Part shown: positions 15,001 to 30,000 of the stretch, piece after piece | Position numbering within the stretch: position 1 is the stretch's first letter | Layout of the letters: each line of letters starts with the position of its first letter | Origin: Antedon mediterranea | Taxonomy: Eukaryota; Animalia; Echinodermata | DNA: 64,000 nt | NCBI RefSeq assembly: GCF_964355755.1 | Contig: NC_092672.1 | Location: forward strand, 16,877,237 to 16,941,236 | Direction: 5' to 3' | Program-made: the position numbers and the translations under genes | The notes under the pieces: generated by a model | Seen by the model: only the letters and a program-made list of their open reading frames with translations | What the model was told of the DNA's origin: nothing | The model's database searches: none

Positions 15001-18000
15001 AAAACTTTTCACACAAAAACATCAAAGAGCACAAAATAGCTTAATATCGTATTTAAAAACGTTTTTGACCATTTTGAGCATTTCGACAAAAAATTTTCAC
15101 ACAAAACAGCAAAGTGCACAGAATAACTTCAAAGACCATTTTGTGATTTTCGAAAAAACTTGTTAACATAAAAACATCAAAGTGTACAGAATAGCTTCAA
15201 ATCGCATTTGGAGACGTTTTAGACCATTTTGTGATTTTCGAAAAAAATTGTTAACATAAAAACACCAAAGTGCTTAGAATAGCTTCAAATCGCATTTTGA
15301 GACATTTTAGACCCTTTTATGATTTTCGAAAAAACTTGGTTAAAAAAAACACCAAAGTGCTTAAAATAGTTTCAAATCGAATTTGGAGACTTTTTAGAGC
15401 ATTTTGTGATTTCCGAAAAAACTTGTTAACATAAAAACATCAAAGTGTACAGAATAGCTTCAAATCGCAGTTGGAGACGTTTTAGATCATTTTGTGATTT
15501 TCGAAAAAACATGTTAACATAAAAACATCAAAGTGCTTAAAATCACATTAGAAACCGTTTTAGACCATTTTGAGCATTTCGATAAAAATTTTCACACAAA
15601 ACAGCAATGTGCACAGAATAACTTCAAATCGCATTTGGAGACATTTTAGACCATTTTGTGTTTTTCGAAAAAACTTGTTAACATAAAAACATCAAAGTGT
15701 ACAGAATAGCTTCAAATCGCATTTGGAGACGTTTTAGACCATTTTGTGATTTTCGAAAAAACTTGTTAACATAAAAACATCAAAGTGCTTAGAATAGCTT
15801 CAAATCGCATTTGGAGACGTTTTAGACCATTTTGTGATTTTCGAAAAAACTTGTTAACATAAAAACACCAAAGTGCTTAGAATAGCTTCAAATCGCATTT
15901 TGAGACATTTTAGACCCTTTTGTGATTTTCGAAAAAACTTGGTTACACAAAAACACCAAAGTGCTTAAAATAGCTTCAAATCGCATTTGGAGACATTTTA
16001 GAATATTTTGTGATTTTCGAAAAAACTTGGTTACACAAAAACACCAAAGTGCTTAAAATCACATTAGAAACCGTTTTAGACCATTTTGAGCATTTCGATA
16101 AAACTTTTCACACAAAAACATCAAAGAGTACAAAATAGCTTAATATCGTATTTTAAAACGTTTTTGACCATTTTGAGCATTTCGACAAAAAAATTTCACA
16201 CAAAACAGCAAAGTGCACAGAATAACTTCAAATCGCATTTGGAGACGTTTTAGACCATTTTGTGATTTTCGAAAAAACTTGTTAACATAAAATCACCAAA
16301 GTGCTTAGAATAGCTTCAAATCGCATTTTGAGACATTTTAGACCCTTTTGTGATTTTCGAAAAAACTTGGTTACACAAAAACACCAAAGTGCTTAAAATC
16401 ACATTAGAAACCGTTTTAGACCATTTTGAGCATTTCGATAAAACTTTTCACACAAAAACTTCAAAGAGCACAAAATAGCTTAATATCGTATTTAAAAACG
16501 TTTTTGACCATATTGAGCATTTCGACAAAAAAATTTCACACAAAACAGCAAAGTGTACAGACTAGCTTCAAATCGTATTTGGAGACGTTTTAGACCTTTT
16601 TGTGATTTTCGAAAAAACTTGTTAACATAAAAACACCAAAGTGCTAAGAATAGCTTCAAATCGCATTTTAGACCATTTTGTGTTTTTCGAAAAAACTTGT
16701 TAACAAAAAAACACCAAAGTGCTTAAAATCACATTAGAAACCGTTTTAGACCATTTTGAGCATTTCGATAAAACTTTTCACACAAAAACATCAAAGAGCA
16801 CAAAATAGCTTAATATCGTAAAAACATCAAAGTGCTTAAAATCACATTAGAAACCGTTTTAGACCATTTTGAGCATTTCGATAAAACTTTTCACACAAAA
16901 ACATCAAAGAGCACAAAAAAGCTTAATATCGTATTTAAAAACGTTTTTGACCATTTTGAGCATTTCGAAAAAAAAATTTTCACACAAAACAGCAAAGTGC
17001 ATAGAATAACTTCAAATCGCATTTGGAGACGTTTTAGACCTTTTTGTGATTTTCGAAAAAACTTGTTAACATAAAAACACCAAAGTGCTAAGAATAGCTT
17101 CAAATCGCATTTGGAGACATTTTAGACTATTTTGTGTTTTTCGAAAAAACTTGTTAACATAAAAACATCAAAGTGTACAGAATAGCTTCAAATCGCATTT
17201 TGAGACATTTTAGACTATTTTGTGATTTTCGAAAAAACTTGTTAACATAAAAACATCAAAGTGCTTAAAATCACATTAGAAACCGTTTTAGACCATTTTA
17301 AGCATTTCGATAAAACTTTTCACACAAAAACATCAAAGAGCACAAAATAGCTTAATATCGTATTTAAAAACGTTTTTGACCATTTTGAGCATTTCGACAA
17401 AAAATTTTTACACAAAACAGCAAAGTGCACAGAATAACTTCAAATCGCATTTGGAGACGTTTTAGACTATTTTGTGATTTTCGAAAAAACTTGTTAACAT
17501 AAAAACATCAAAGTGCTTCAAATCACATTAGAAACCGTTTTAGACCATTTTGAGCATTTCGACAAAAAATTTTCACACAAAACAGCAAAGTGTACAGAAT
17601 AGCTTCAAATCGTATTTGCAGACGTTTTAGACCTTTTTGAGATTTTCGAAAAAACTTTTTAACATAAAAACATCAAAGTGCTTCAAATCACATTAGAAAC
17701 CGTTTTAGACCATTTTGAGCATTTCGACAAAAATTTTTCACACAAAACAGCAAAGTGTACAGAATAGCTTCAAATCGTATTTGGAGACGTTTTAGACCTT
17801 TTTGTGATTTTCGAAAAAACTTGTTAACATAAAAACACCAAAGTGCTTAGAATAGCTTCAAATCGCATTTGGAGACGTTTTAGACCATTTTTTGATTTTC
17901 GAAAAAAACTTGTTAACATAAAAACACCAAAGTGCTTAGAATAGCTTCAAATCGCATTTTGAGACGTTTTAGACCATTCTGTGATTTTCGAAAAAAACTT

Positions 18001-21000
18001 GTTAACATAAAAACATCAAAGTGCTTAAAATCACATTAGAAACCGTTTTAGACCATTTTGAGCATTTCGATAAAACTTTTCACACAAAAACATCAAAGAG
18101 CACAAAATAGCTTAATATCGTATTTAAAAACGTTTTTGACCATTTTGAGCATTTCGACAAAAAATTTTTACACAAAACAGCAAAGTGCACAGAATAACTT
18201 CAAATCGCATTTGGAGACGTTTTAGACTATTTTGTGATTTTCGAAAAAACTTGTTAACATAAAAACATCAAAGTGCTTCAAATCACATTAGAAACCGTTT
18301 TAGACCATTTTGAGCATTTCGACAAAAAATTTTCACACAAAACAGCAAAGTGTACAGAATAGCTTCAAATCGTATTTGCAGACGTTTTAGACCTTTTTGA
18401 GATTTTCGAAAAAACTTTTTAACATAAAAACATCAAAGTGCTTCAAATCACATTAGAAACCGTTTTAGACCATTTTGAGCATTTCGACAAAAATTTTTCA
18501 CACAAAACAGCAAAGTGTACAGAATAGCTTCAAATCGTATTTGGAGACGTTTTAGACCTTTTTGTGATTTTCGAAAAAACTTGTTAACATAAAAACACCA
18601 AAGTGCTTAGAATAGCTTCAAATCGCATTTGGAGACGTTTTAGACCATTTTTTGATTTTCGAAAAAAACTTGTTAACATAAAAACACCAAAGTGCTTAGA
18701 ATAGCTTCAAATCGCATTTTGAGACGTTTTAGACCATTCTGTGATTTTCGAAAAAAACTTGTTAACATAAAAACATCAAAGTGCTTAAAATCACATTAGA
18801 AACCGTTTTAGACCATTTTGAGCATTTCGATAAAACTTTTCACACAAAAACATCAAAGAGCACAAAATAGCTTAACATCGTATTTAAAAACGTTTTTGAC
18901 CATTTTGAGCATTTAGACAAAAAATTTTCACACAAAACAGCAAAGTGCACAGAATAACTTCAAATCGCATTTTGAGACATTTTAGACCCTTTTGTGATTT
19001 TCGAAAAAACTTGGTTACACAAAAACACCAAAGTGCTTAAAGTAGCTTCAAATCGCATTTGGAGAAGTTTTAAACCATTTTGTGATTTTCGAAAAAACTT
19101 GTTAACATAAAAACATCAAAGTGTACAGAATAACTTCAAATCGCATTTGGAGACGTTTTAGACCATTTTGTGATTTTTGAAAAAACTTGTTAACATAAAA
19201 ACACCAAAGTGCTTAGAATAGCTTCAAATCGCATTTTTGAGACGTTTTAGACCATTCTGTGATTTTCGAAAAAACTTGTTAACATAAAAACATCAAAGTG
19301 CTTAAGATCACATTAGAAACCGTTTTAGACCATTTTGAGCATTTCGATAAAACTTTTCACAAAAACATCAAAGAGCACAAAATAGCCTAATATCGTATTT
19401 AAAAACGTTTTTGACCATTTTGAGCATTTCGAAAAAACTTGTTAACATAAAAACACCAAAGTGCTTAGAATAGCTTCAAATCGCATTTTGAGACATTTTA
19501 GACCCTTTTTTGATTTTCAAAAAAACTTGGTTACACAAAAACACCAAAGTGCTTAAAATAGCTTCAAATCGCATTTGGAGAAGTTTTAGACCATTTTGTG
19601 ATTTTGAAAAAAAACTTGTTAACATAAAAACACCAAAGTGCTTAGAATAGCTTCAAATCGCATTTTGAGACGTTTTAGACCCTTTTGTGATTTTCGAAAA
19701 AACTTGTTAACATAAAAACATCAAAGTGCTTAGAATCACATTAGAAACCGTTTTAGACCATTTTGAGCATTTCGATAAAACTTTTCACACAAAAACATCA
19801 AAGAGCACAAAATAGCTTAATATCGTATTTAAAAACGTTTTTGACCATTTTGAGCATTTCGACAAAAATTTTTCACACAAAACAGCAAAGTGTACAGAAT
19901 AGCTTCAAATCGTATTTGGAGACGTTTTAGACCTTTTTGTGATTTTCGAAAAAACTTGTTACCATAAAAACACCAAAGTGCTTAGAATAGCTTCAAATCG
20001 CATTTTGAGACGTTTTAGACCATTCTGTGATTTTCGAAAAAACTTGTTAACATAAAAACATCAAAGTGCTTAAAATCACATTAGAAACCGTTTTAGACCA
20101 TTTTTAGCATTTCGATAAAACTTTTCACACAAAAACATCAAAGAGCACAAAATAGCTTAATATCGTATTTAAAAACGTTTTTGAGCATTTTGAGCATTTC
20201 GACAAAAAATTTTCAAACAAAACAGCAAAGTGCACAGAATAACTTAAAATCGCATTTGGAGACGTTTTAGACCATTTTGTGATTTTCGAAAAAACTTGTT
20301 AACATAAACACACCAAAGTGCTTAGAATGGCTTCAAATCGCATTTGGAGACATTTTAGACTATTTTGTGATTTTGAAAAAAACTTGTTAACATAAAAACA
20401 CCAAAGTGCTTAGAATAGCTTCAAATCGCATTTTGAGACGTTTTAGACCCTTTTGTGATTTTCGAAAAAACTTGTTAACATAAAAACATCAAAGTGCTTA
20501 GAATCACATTAGAAACCGTTTTAGACCATTTTGAGCATTTCGATAAAACTTTTAACACAAAAACATCAAAGAGCACAAAATAGCTTAATATCGTATTTAA
20601 AAACGTTTTTGACCATTTTGAGCATTTCGACAAAAATTTTTCACACAAAACAGCAAAGTGTACAGAATAGCTTCAAATCGTATTTGGAGACGTTTTAGAC
20701 CTTTTTGTGATTTTCGAAAAAACTTGTTACCATAAAAACACCAAAGTGCTTAGAATAGCTTCAAATCGCATTTTGAGACGTTTTAGACCATTCTGTGATT
20801 TTCGAAAAAACTTGTTAACATAAAAACATCAAAGTGCTTAAAATCACATTAGAAACCGTTTTAGACCATTTTGAGCATTTCGATAAAACTTTTCACACAA
20901 AACATCAAAGAGCACAAAATAGCTTAATATCGTATTTAAAAACGTTTTTGAGCATTTTGAGCATTTCGACAAAAAATTTTCAAACAAAACAGCAAAGTGC

Positions 21001-24000
21001 ACAGAATAACTTAAAATCGCATTTGGAGACGTTTTAGACCATTTTGTGATTTTCGAAAAAACTTGTTAACATAAAAACACCAAAGTGCTTAGAATGGCTT
21101 CAAATCGCATTTGGAGACATTTTAGACTATTTTGTGATTTTCGAAAAAACTTAAGATAAAAATATCAAAGTGCTTCAAATCACATTAGAAACCGTTTTAG
21201 ACCATTTTGAGCATTTCGACAAAAAATTTTCACACAAAACAGCAAAGTGTACAGAATAGCTTCAAATCGTATTTGGAGACGTTTAAGACCTTTTTGTGAT
21301 TTTCGAAAAAACTTGTTAACATAAAAACACCAAAGTGCTTAGAATAGCTTCAAATCGCATTTTGAGACGTTTTAGACCATTCTGTGATTTTCGAAAAAAC
21401 TTGTTAACATAAAAACATCAAAGTGCTTCAAATCACATTAGAAACCGTTTTAGACCATTTTGAGCATTTCGACAAAAAATTTTCACACAAAACAGCAAAG
21501 TGTACAGAATAGCTTCAAATCGTATTTGCAGACGTTTTAGACCTTTTTGAGATTTTCGAAAAAACTTGTTAACATAAAAACATCAAAGTGCTTCAAATCA
21601 CATTAGAAACCGTTTTAGACCATTTTGAGCATTTCGACAAAAAATGTTCACACAAAACAGCAAAGTTTACAGAATAGCTTCAAATCGTATTTGGAGACGT
21701 TTTAGACCTTTTTGTGATTTTCGAAAAAACTTGTTTACATAAAAACACCAAAGTGCTTAGAATAGCTTCAAATCGCATTTGGAGACGTTTTAGACCATTT
21801 TTTGATTTTCGAAAAAACTTGTTAACATAAAAACATCAAAGTGCTTAAAATCACATTAGAAACCGTTTTAGACCATTTTGAGCATTTCGATAAAACTTTT
21901 CAAACAAAAACATCAAAGAGCACAAAATAGGTTAATATCGTATTTAAAAACGTTTTTGACCATTTTGAGCATTTCGACAAAAAATGTTCACACAAAACAG
22001 CAAAGTGCACAGAATAGCTTCAAATCGCATTTGGAGACGTTTTAGACCATTTTGTGATTTTCGAAAAAACTTGTTAACATAAAAACACCAAAGTGCTAAG
22101 AATAGCTTCAAATCGCATTTGGAGACATTTTAGACCATTTTGTGATTTCCGAAAAAACTTGTTAAGATAAAAATATCAAAGTGTACAGAATAGCTTCAAA
22201 TCGCATTTGGAGACGTTTTAGACCATTTTGTGATTTTCGAAAAAACTTGTTAACATAAAAACATCAAAGTGTACAGAATAACTTCAAATCGCATTTGGAG
22301 ACGTTTTAGACCATTTTGTGATTTTTGAAAAAACTTGTAAACATAAAAACACCAAAGTGCTTAGAATAGCTTCAAATCGCATTTTGAGACATTTTATACC
22401 CTTTTGTGATTTTCGAAAAAACTTGTTAACATAAAAACACCAAAGTGCTTAGAATAGCTTCAAATCGCATTTTGAGACATTTTAGACCCTTTTGTGATTT
22501 TCGAAAAAACTTGTTAACATAAAAATTCCAAAGTGCTAAGAATAGCTTCAAATCGCATTTGGAGACATTTTAGACCACTTTGTGATTTTCGAAAAAACTT
22601 GTTAACATAAAAACATCAAAGTGCTTAAAAAATCACATTAGAAACCGTTTTAGACCATTTTGAGCATTTCGACAAAAAATTTTCACACAAAACAGCAAAG
22701 TGTACAGAATAGCTTCAAATCGTATTTGGAGACGTTTTAGACCTTTTTGTGATTTTCAAAAAAACTTGTTAACATAAAAACACCAAAGTGCTTAGAATAG
22801 CTTCAAATCGCATTTGGAGACGTTTTAGACCATTTTTTGATTTTCGAAAAAACTTGTTACCATAAAAACACCAAAGTGCTTAGAATAGCTTCAAATCGCA
22901 TTTTGAGACGTTTTAGACCATTCTGTGATTTTCGAAAAAACTTGTTAACATAAAAACATCAAAGTGCTTAAAATCACATTAGAAACCGTTTTAGACCATT
23001 TTGAGCATTTCGATAAAACTTTTCACACAAAAACATCAAAGAGCACAAAATAGCTTAATATCGTATTTAAAAACGTTTTTGACCATTTTGAGCATTTAGA
23101 CAAAAAAATTTCAAACAAAACAGCAAAGTGCACAGAATAACTTCAAATCGCATTTGGATACGTTTTAGACCATTCTGTTATTTTCGAAAAAACTTGTTAA
23201 CATAAAAACATCAAAGTGCTTAAAATCACAATAGAAACCGTTTTAGACCATTTTGAGCATTTCGATAAAACTTTTCACACAAAAACATTAAAGAGCACAA
23301 AATAGCTTAATATCGTATTTAAAAACGTTTTTGACCATTTTGAGCATTTCGACAAAAATTTTTCACACAAAACAGCAAAGTGTACAGAATAGCTTCAAAT
23401 CGTATTTGGAGACGTTTTAGACCTTTTTGTGATTTTCGAAAAAACTTGTTAACTTAAAAACACCAAAGTGCTTAGAATAGCTTCAAATCGCATTTGGAGA
23501 CGTTTTAGACCATTTTTTGATTTTCGAAAAAAATTGTTACCATAAAAACACCAAAGTGCTTAGAATAGCTTCAAATCGCATTTTGACACGTTTTAGACCA
23601 TTCTGTGATTTTCGAAAAAACTTGTTAACATAAAAACATCAAAGTGCTTAAAATCACATTAGAAACCGTTTTAGACCATTTTGAGCATTTCGATAAAACT
23701 TTTCACACAAAAACATCAAAGAGCACAAAATAGCTTAATATCGTATTTAAAAACGTTTTTGACCATTTTGAGCATTTCGACAAAAAATTTTCAAACAAAA
23801 CAGCAAAGTGCACAGAATAACTTCAAATCGCATTTGGAGACGTTTTAGACCATTTTGTAATTTTCGAAAAAACTTGTTAACATAAAAACACCAAAGTGCT
23901 TAGAATAGCTTCAAATCGCATTTGGAGACGTTTTAGACCATGTTGTGATTTTCGAAAAAACTTTTTAACATAAAAACACCAAAGTGCTTAGAATGGCTTC

Positions 24001-27000
24001 AAATCGCATTTGGAGACATTTTAGACTATTTTGTGATTTTCGAAAAAACTTAAGATAAAAATATCAAAGTGCTTCAAATCACATTAGAAACCGTTTTAGA
24101 CCATTTTGAGCATTTCGACAAACATTTTTAAAACAAAACAGCAAAGTGTACAGAATAGCTTCAAATCGTATTTGGAGACGTTTTAGACCTTTTTGTGATT
24201 TTCGAAAAAACTTGTTAACATAAAAACACCAAAGTGCTTAGAATAGCTTCAAATCGCATTTTGAGACGTTTTAGACCATTCTGTGATTTTCGAAAAAACT
24301 TGTTAACATAAAAACATCAAAGTGCTTCAAATCACATTAGAAACCGTTTTAGACCATTTTGAGCATTTCGATCAAACTTTTCACACAAAAACATCAAAGA
24401 GCACAAAATAGCTTAATATCGTATTTAAAAACGTTTTTGACCATTTTGAGCATTTAGACAAAAAATTTTCAAACAAAACAGCAAAGTGCACAGAATAACT
24501 TCAAATCGCATTTGGAGACGTTTTAGACCATTCTGTGATTTTCGAAAAAACTTGTTAACATAAAAACATCAAAGTGCTTAAAATCACATTAGAAACCGTT
24601 TTAGACCATTTTGAGCATTTCGATAAAACTTTTCACACAAAAACATTAAAGAGCACAAAATAGCTTAATATCGTATTTAAAAACGTTTTTGACCATTTTG
24701 AGCATTTCGACAAAAATTTTTCACACAAAACAGCAAAGTGTACAGAATAGCTTCAAATCGTATTTGGAGACGTTTTAGACCTTTTTGTGATTTTCGAAAA
24801 AACTTGTTAACATAAAAACACCAAAGTGCTTAGAATAGCTTCAAATCGCATTTGGAGACGTTTTAGACCATTTTTTGATTTTCGAAAAAACTTGTTAACA
24901 TAAAAACACCAAAGTGCTTAGAATAGCTTCAAATCGCATTTTGAGACGTTTTAGACCATTCTGTGATTTTCGAAAAAACTTGTTAACATAAAAACATCAA
25001 AGTGCTTAAAATCACATTAGAATCCGTTTTAGACCATTTTGAGCATTTCGATAAAACTTTTAACACAAAAACATCAAAGAGCACAAAATAGCTTAATATC
25101 GTATTTAAAAACGTTTTTGACCATTTTGAGCATTTCGACAAAAAATTTTCACACAAAACAGCAAAGTGTACAGAATAGCTTCAAATCGTATTTGAAGACG
25201 TTTTAGACCTTTTTGAGATTTTCGAAAAAACTTGTTAACATAAAAACATCAAAGTGCTTCAAATCACATTAGAAACCGTTTTAGACCATTTTGAGCATTT
25301 CGACAAAAAATGTTCACACAAAACAGCAAAGTTTACAGAATAGCTTCAAATCGTATTTGGAGACGTTTTAGACCTTTTTGTGATTTTCGAAAAACTTGTT
25401 AACATAAAAACACCAAAGTGCTTAGAATAGCTTCAAATCACATTTGGAGACGTTTTAGACCATTTTTTGATTTTCGAAAAAACTTGTTAACATAAAAACA
25501 TCAAAGTGCTTAAAATCACATTAGAAACCGTTTTAGACCATTTTGAGCATTTCGATAAAACTTTTCAAACAAAAACATCAAAGAGCACAAAATAGCTTAA
25601 TATCGTATTTAAAAACGTTTTTGACCATTTTGACCATTTCGACAAAAGATTTTCACACAAAACAGCAAAGTGCACAGAATAACTTCAAATCGCATTTGGA
25701 GACGTTTTAGACCATTTTGTGATTTTCGAAAAAACTTGTTAACATAAAAACACCAAAGTGCTAAGAATAGCTTCAAATCGCATTTGGAGACATTTTAGAC
25801 CATTTTGTGATTTTCGAAAAAACTTGTTAAGATAAAAACATCAAAGTGTACAGAATAGCTTCAAATCGCATTTGGAGACGTTATAGACCATTTTGTGATT
25901 TTTGAAAAAACTTGTTAACATAAAAACACCAAAGTGCTTAGAATAGCTTCAAATCGCATTTTTAGACGTTTTAGACCATTCTGTGATTTTCGAAAAAACT
26001 TGTTAACATAAAAACATCAAAGTGCTTAAGATCACATTAGAAACCGTTTTAGACAATTTTGAGCATTTCGATAAAACTTTTCACACAAAACAGCAAAGTG
26101 TACAGAATAGCTTCAAATCGTATTTGCAGACGTTTTAGACCTTTTTGAGATTTTGGAAAAAACTTGTTACCAAAAAAACACCAAAGTGCTTAGAATAGCT
26201 TCAAATCGCATTTTGAGACATTTTAGACCCTTTTGTGATTTTCAAAAAAACTTGGTTACACAAAAACACCAAAGTGCTTAAAATAGCTTCAAATCGCATT
26301 TGGAGAAGTTTTAGACCATTTTGTGATTTTGAAAAAAACTTGTTAACATAAAAACACCAAAGTGCTTAGAATAGCTTCAAATCGCATTTTGAGACGTTTT
26401 AGACCCTTTAGTGATTTTCGAAAAAATTTGTTAACATAAAAACATACAAGTGCTTAGAATCACATTAGAAACCGTTTTAGACCATTTTGAGCATTTCGAT
26501 AAAACTTTTCACACAAAAACATCAAAGAGCACAAAATAGCTTAATATCGTATTTAAAAACGTTTTTGACCATTTTGAGCATTTCGACAAAAATTTTTAAA
26601 ACAAAACAGCAAAGTGTACAGAATAGCTTCAAATCGTATTTGGAGACGTTTTAGACCTTTTTGTGATTTTCGAAAAAACTTGTTACCATAAAAACACCAA
26701 AGTGCTTAGAATAGCTTCAAATCGCATTTTGAGACGTTTTAGACCATTCTGTGATTTTCGAAAAAACTTGTTAACATAAAAACATCAAAGAGCTTAAAAT
26801 CACATTAGAAACCGTTTTAGACCATTTTGAGCATTTCGATAAAACTTTTCACACAAAAACATCAAAGAGCACAAAATAGCTTAATATCGTATTTAAAAAC
26901 GTTTTTGACCATTTTGAGCATTTCGATAAAACTTTTCACACAAAACAGCAAAGTGTACAGAATAGCTTCAAATCGTATTTGCAGACGTTTTAGACCTTTT

Positions 27001-30000
27001 TGAGATTTTGGAAAAAACTTGTTACCAAAAAAACACCAAAGTGCTTAGAATAGCTTCAAATCGCATTTTGAGACATTTTAGACCCTTTTGTGATTTTCAA
27101 AAAAACTTGGTTACACAAAAACACCAAAGTGCTTAAAATAGCTTCAAATCGCATTTGGAGAAGTTTTAGACCATTTTGTGATTTTGAAAAAAACTTGTTA
27201 ACATAAAAACACCAAAGTGCTTAGAATAGCTTCAAATCGCATTTTGAGACGTTTTAGACCCTTTAGTGATTTTCGAAAAAATTTGTTAACATAAAAACAT
27301 ACAAGTGCTTAGAATCACATTAGAAACCGTTTTAGACCATTTTGAGCATTTCGATAAAACTTTTCACACAAAAACATCAAAGAGCACAAAATAGCTTAAT
27401 ATCGTATTTAAAAACGTTTTTGACCATTTTGAGCATTTCGACAAAAATTTTTAAAACAAAACAGCAAAGTGTACAGAATAGCTTCAAATCGTATTTGGAG
27501 ACGTTTTAGACCTTTTTGTGATTTTCGAAAAAACTTGTTACCATAAAAACACCAAAGTGCTTAGAATAGCTTCAAATCGCATTTTGAGACGTTTTAGACC
27601 ATTCTGTGATTTTCGAAAAAACTTGTTAACATAAAAACATCAAAGAGCTTAAAATCACATTAGAAACCGTTTTAGACCATTTTGAGCATTTCGATAAAAC
27701 TTTTCACACAAAAACATCAAAGAGCACAAAATAGCTTAATATCGTATTTAAAAACGTTTTTGAGAGTTTTGAGCATTTCGACAAAAAATTTTCAAACAAA
27801 ACAGCAAAGTGCACCGAATAACTTAAAATCGCATTTGGAGACGTTTTAGACCATTTTGTGATTTTCGAAAAAACTTGTTAACATAAAAACACCAAAGTGC
27901 TTAAAATGGCTTCAAATCGCATTTGGAGACATTTTAGACTATTTTGTGATTTTCGAAAAAACTTAAGATAAAAATATCAAAGTGCTTCAAATCACATTAG
28001 AAACCGTTTTAGACCATTTTGAGCATTTCAACAAAAAATTTTCACACAAAACAGCATAGTGTACAGAATAGCTTCAAATCGTATTTGGAGACGTTTTAGA
28101 CCTTTTTGTGATTTTCGAAAAAACTTGTTAACATAAAAACACCAAAGTGCTTAGAATAGCTTCAAATCGCATTTTGAGACGTTTTAGACCATTCTGTGAT
28201 TTTCGAAAAAACTTGTTAACATAAAAACATCAAAGTGCTTCAAATCACATTAGAAACCGTTTTAGACCATTTTGAGCATTTCGACAACAAATTTTCACAC
28301 AAAACAGCAAAGTGTACAGAATAGCTTCAAATCGTATTTGCAGACGTTTTAGACCTTTTTGAGATTTTGGAAAAAACTTGTTAACATAAAAACATCAAAG
28401 TGCTTCAAATCACATTAGAAACAGTTTTAGACCATTTTGAGCATTTCGACAAAAAATGTTCACACAAAACAGCAAAGTTTACAGAATAGCTTCAAATCGT
28501 ATTTGGAGACGTTTTAGACCTTTTTGTGATTTTCGAAAAACTTGTTAACATAAAAACACCAAAGTGCTTAGAATAGCTTCAAATCGCATTTGGAGACGTT
28601 TTAGACCATTTTTTGATTTTCGAAAAAACTTGTTAACATAAAAACATCAAAGTGCTTAAAATCACATTAGAAACCGTTTTAGACCATTTTGAGCATTTCG
28701 ATAAAACTTTTCAAACAAAAACATCAAAGAGCACAAAATAGCTTAATATCGTATTTAAAAACGTTTTTGACCATTTTGAGCATTTCGACAAAAAATGTTC
28801 ACACAAAACAGCAAAGTGCACAGAATAGCTTCAAATCGCATTTGGAGACGTTTTAGACCATTTTGTGATTTTCGAAAAAACTTGTTAACATAAAAACACC
28901 AAAGTGCTAAGAATAGCTTCAAATCGCATTTAGAGACATTTTAGACCATTTTGTGATTTTCGAAAAAACTTGTTAAGATAAAAACATCAAAGTGTACACA
29001 ATAGCTTCAAATCGCATTTGGAGACGTTTTAGACCATTTTGTGATTTTCGAAAAAACTTGTTAACATAAAAACACCAAAGTGCCTAGAATAGCTTCAAAT
29101 CGCATTTTGAGACATTTTAGACCCTTTTGTGATTTTCGAAAAAACTTGGTTACACAAAAACACCAAAGTGCTTAAAATAGCTTCAAATCGCATTTGGAGA
29201 AGTTTTAAACCATTTTGTGATTTTCGAAAAAACTTGTTAACATAAAAACAGCAAAGTGTACATAATAACTTCAAATCGCATTTGGAGACGTTTTAGACCA
29301 TTTTGTGATTTTCGAAAAAACTTGTTAACATAAAAACACCAAAGTGCTTAGAATAGCTTCAAATCGCATTTTGAGACATTTTAGACCATTTTGTGATTTT
29401 CGAAAAAACTTGTTAACATAAAAATTCCAAAGTGCTAAGAATAGCTTCAAATCGCATTTGGAGACATTTTAGACCACTTTGTGATTTTCGAAAAAACTTG
29501 TTAACATAAAAACATCAAAGTGCTTAAAATCACATTAGAAACCGTTTTAGACCATTTTGAGCATTTCGACAAAAAATTTTCACACAAAACAGCAAAGTGT
29601 ACAGAATAGCTTCAAATCGTATTTGGAGACGTTTTAGACCTTTTTGTGATTTTCAAAAAAACTTGTTAACATAAAAACACCAAAGTGCTTAGAATAGCTT
29701 CAAATCGCATTTTGAGACGTTTTAGGCCATTTTTTGATTTTCGAAAAAACTTGTTACCATAAAAACACCAAAGTGCTTAGAATAGCTTCAAATCGCATTT
29801 TGAGACGTTTTAGACCATTCTGTGATTTTCGAAAAAACTTGTTAACATAAAAACATCAAAGTGCTTAAAATCACATTAGAAACCGTTTTAGACCATTTTG
29901 AGCATTTCGATAAAACTTTTCACACAAAAACATCAAAGAGCACAAAATAGCTTAATATCGTATTTAAAAACGTTTTTGACCATTTTGAGCATTTAGACAA

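Noticed and set aside
548-21037. Short ORFs in satA (548-820, 10370-10552, 16832-17074, 16891-17103, 20834-21037)
   Set aside because: These are chance open frames through repeat monomers, with no protein motifs.
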